NCBI GenBank assembly: GCA_040756235.1
Contig: JBFLZG010000052.1
Location: 1-17,000 of the forward strand
Reading direction: 5' to 3'
DNA length: 17,000 nucleotides
Source: a bacterium
Lineage (GTDB): Bacteria; Desulfobacterota; DSWW01
Part shown: one piece after another, positions 16,946 through 17,000 of the stretch
Position numbering within the stretch: position 1 is the first letter of the stretch
Layout of the letters: every line of letters starts with the position of its first letter
The notes under the pieces: generated by a model
Told to the model about the DNA's origin: nothing
What the model saw: the letters and a program-made list of their open reading frames with translations, nothing else
Databases searched by the model: none
Made by a program: the position numbers and the translations under genes

Positions 16946-16989
16946 CCCCTCTCCCCCGCTGCACGGGGGAGAGGGTCGGGGTGAGGGGG
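16946..16989 (+). repeat. Hairpin + G-tail extragenic repeat directly after the stop codon
   Basis: 12-bp perfect stem CCCTCTCCCCCG (16947-16958)/CGGGGGAGAGGG (16964-16975), followed by TCGGGGTGAGGGGG. No U-tract. Confidence 0.75.
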
Positions 16990-17000
16990 ACAGGAGCGGG

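Overview
High-GC bacterial window (gene content suggests Desulfobacterota/deltaproteobacteria; inference) holding a compact nitrogen-assimilation control locus. glnD-glnA-glnE lie on the minus strand, divergent from glnK-amtB on the plus strand. Left flank: a coupled DUF72 / 4xPAS hybrid histidine kinase / lipoprotein amidohydrolase run. Right flank: DUF362-ferredoxin and SpoIIM-like membrane protein genes. Three points stand out. (1) The ~1280 aa GlnE has an N-terminal GlnD-type tandem ACT module, and its two nucleotidyltransferase halves appear to be in reversed order (AT-like first, AR-like last). (2) There are three sigma54 -24/-12 promoters, and a tandem palindromic enhancer-like motif that is not the enteric NtrC box is shared upstream of glnA and glnK. 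(3) A nested cluster of REP-type palindromes, including a 209 bp MITE-like element with TIRs and a 4-bp TSD, sits between the glnD promoter and that putative enhancer.
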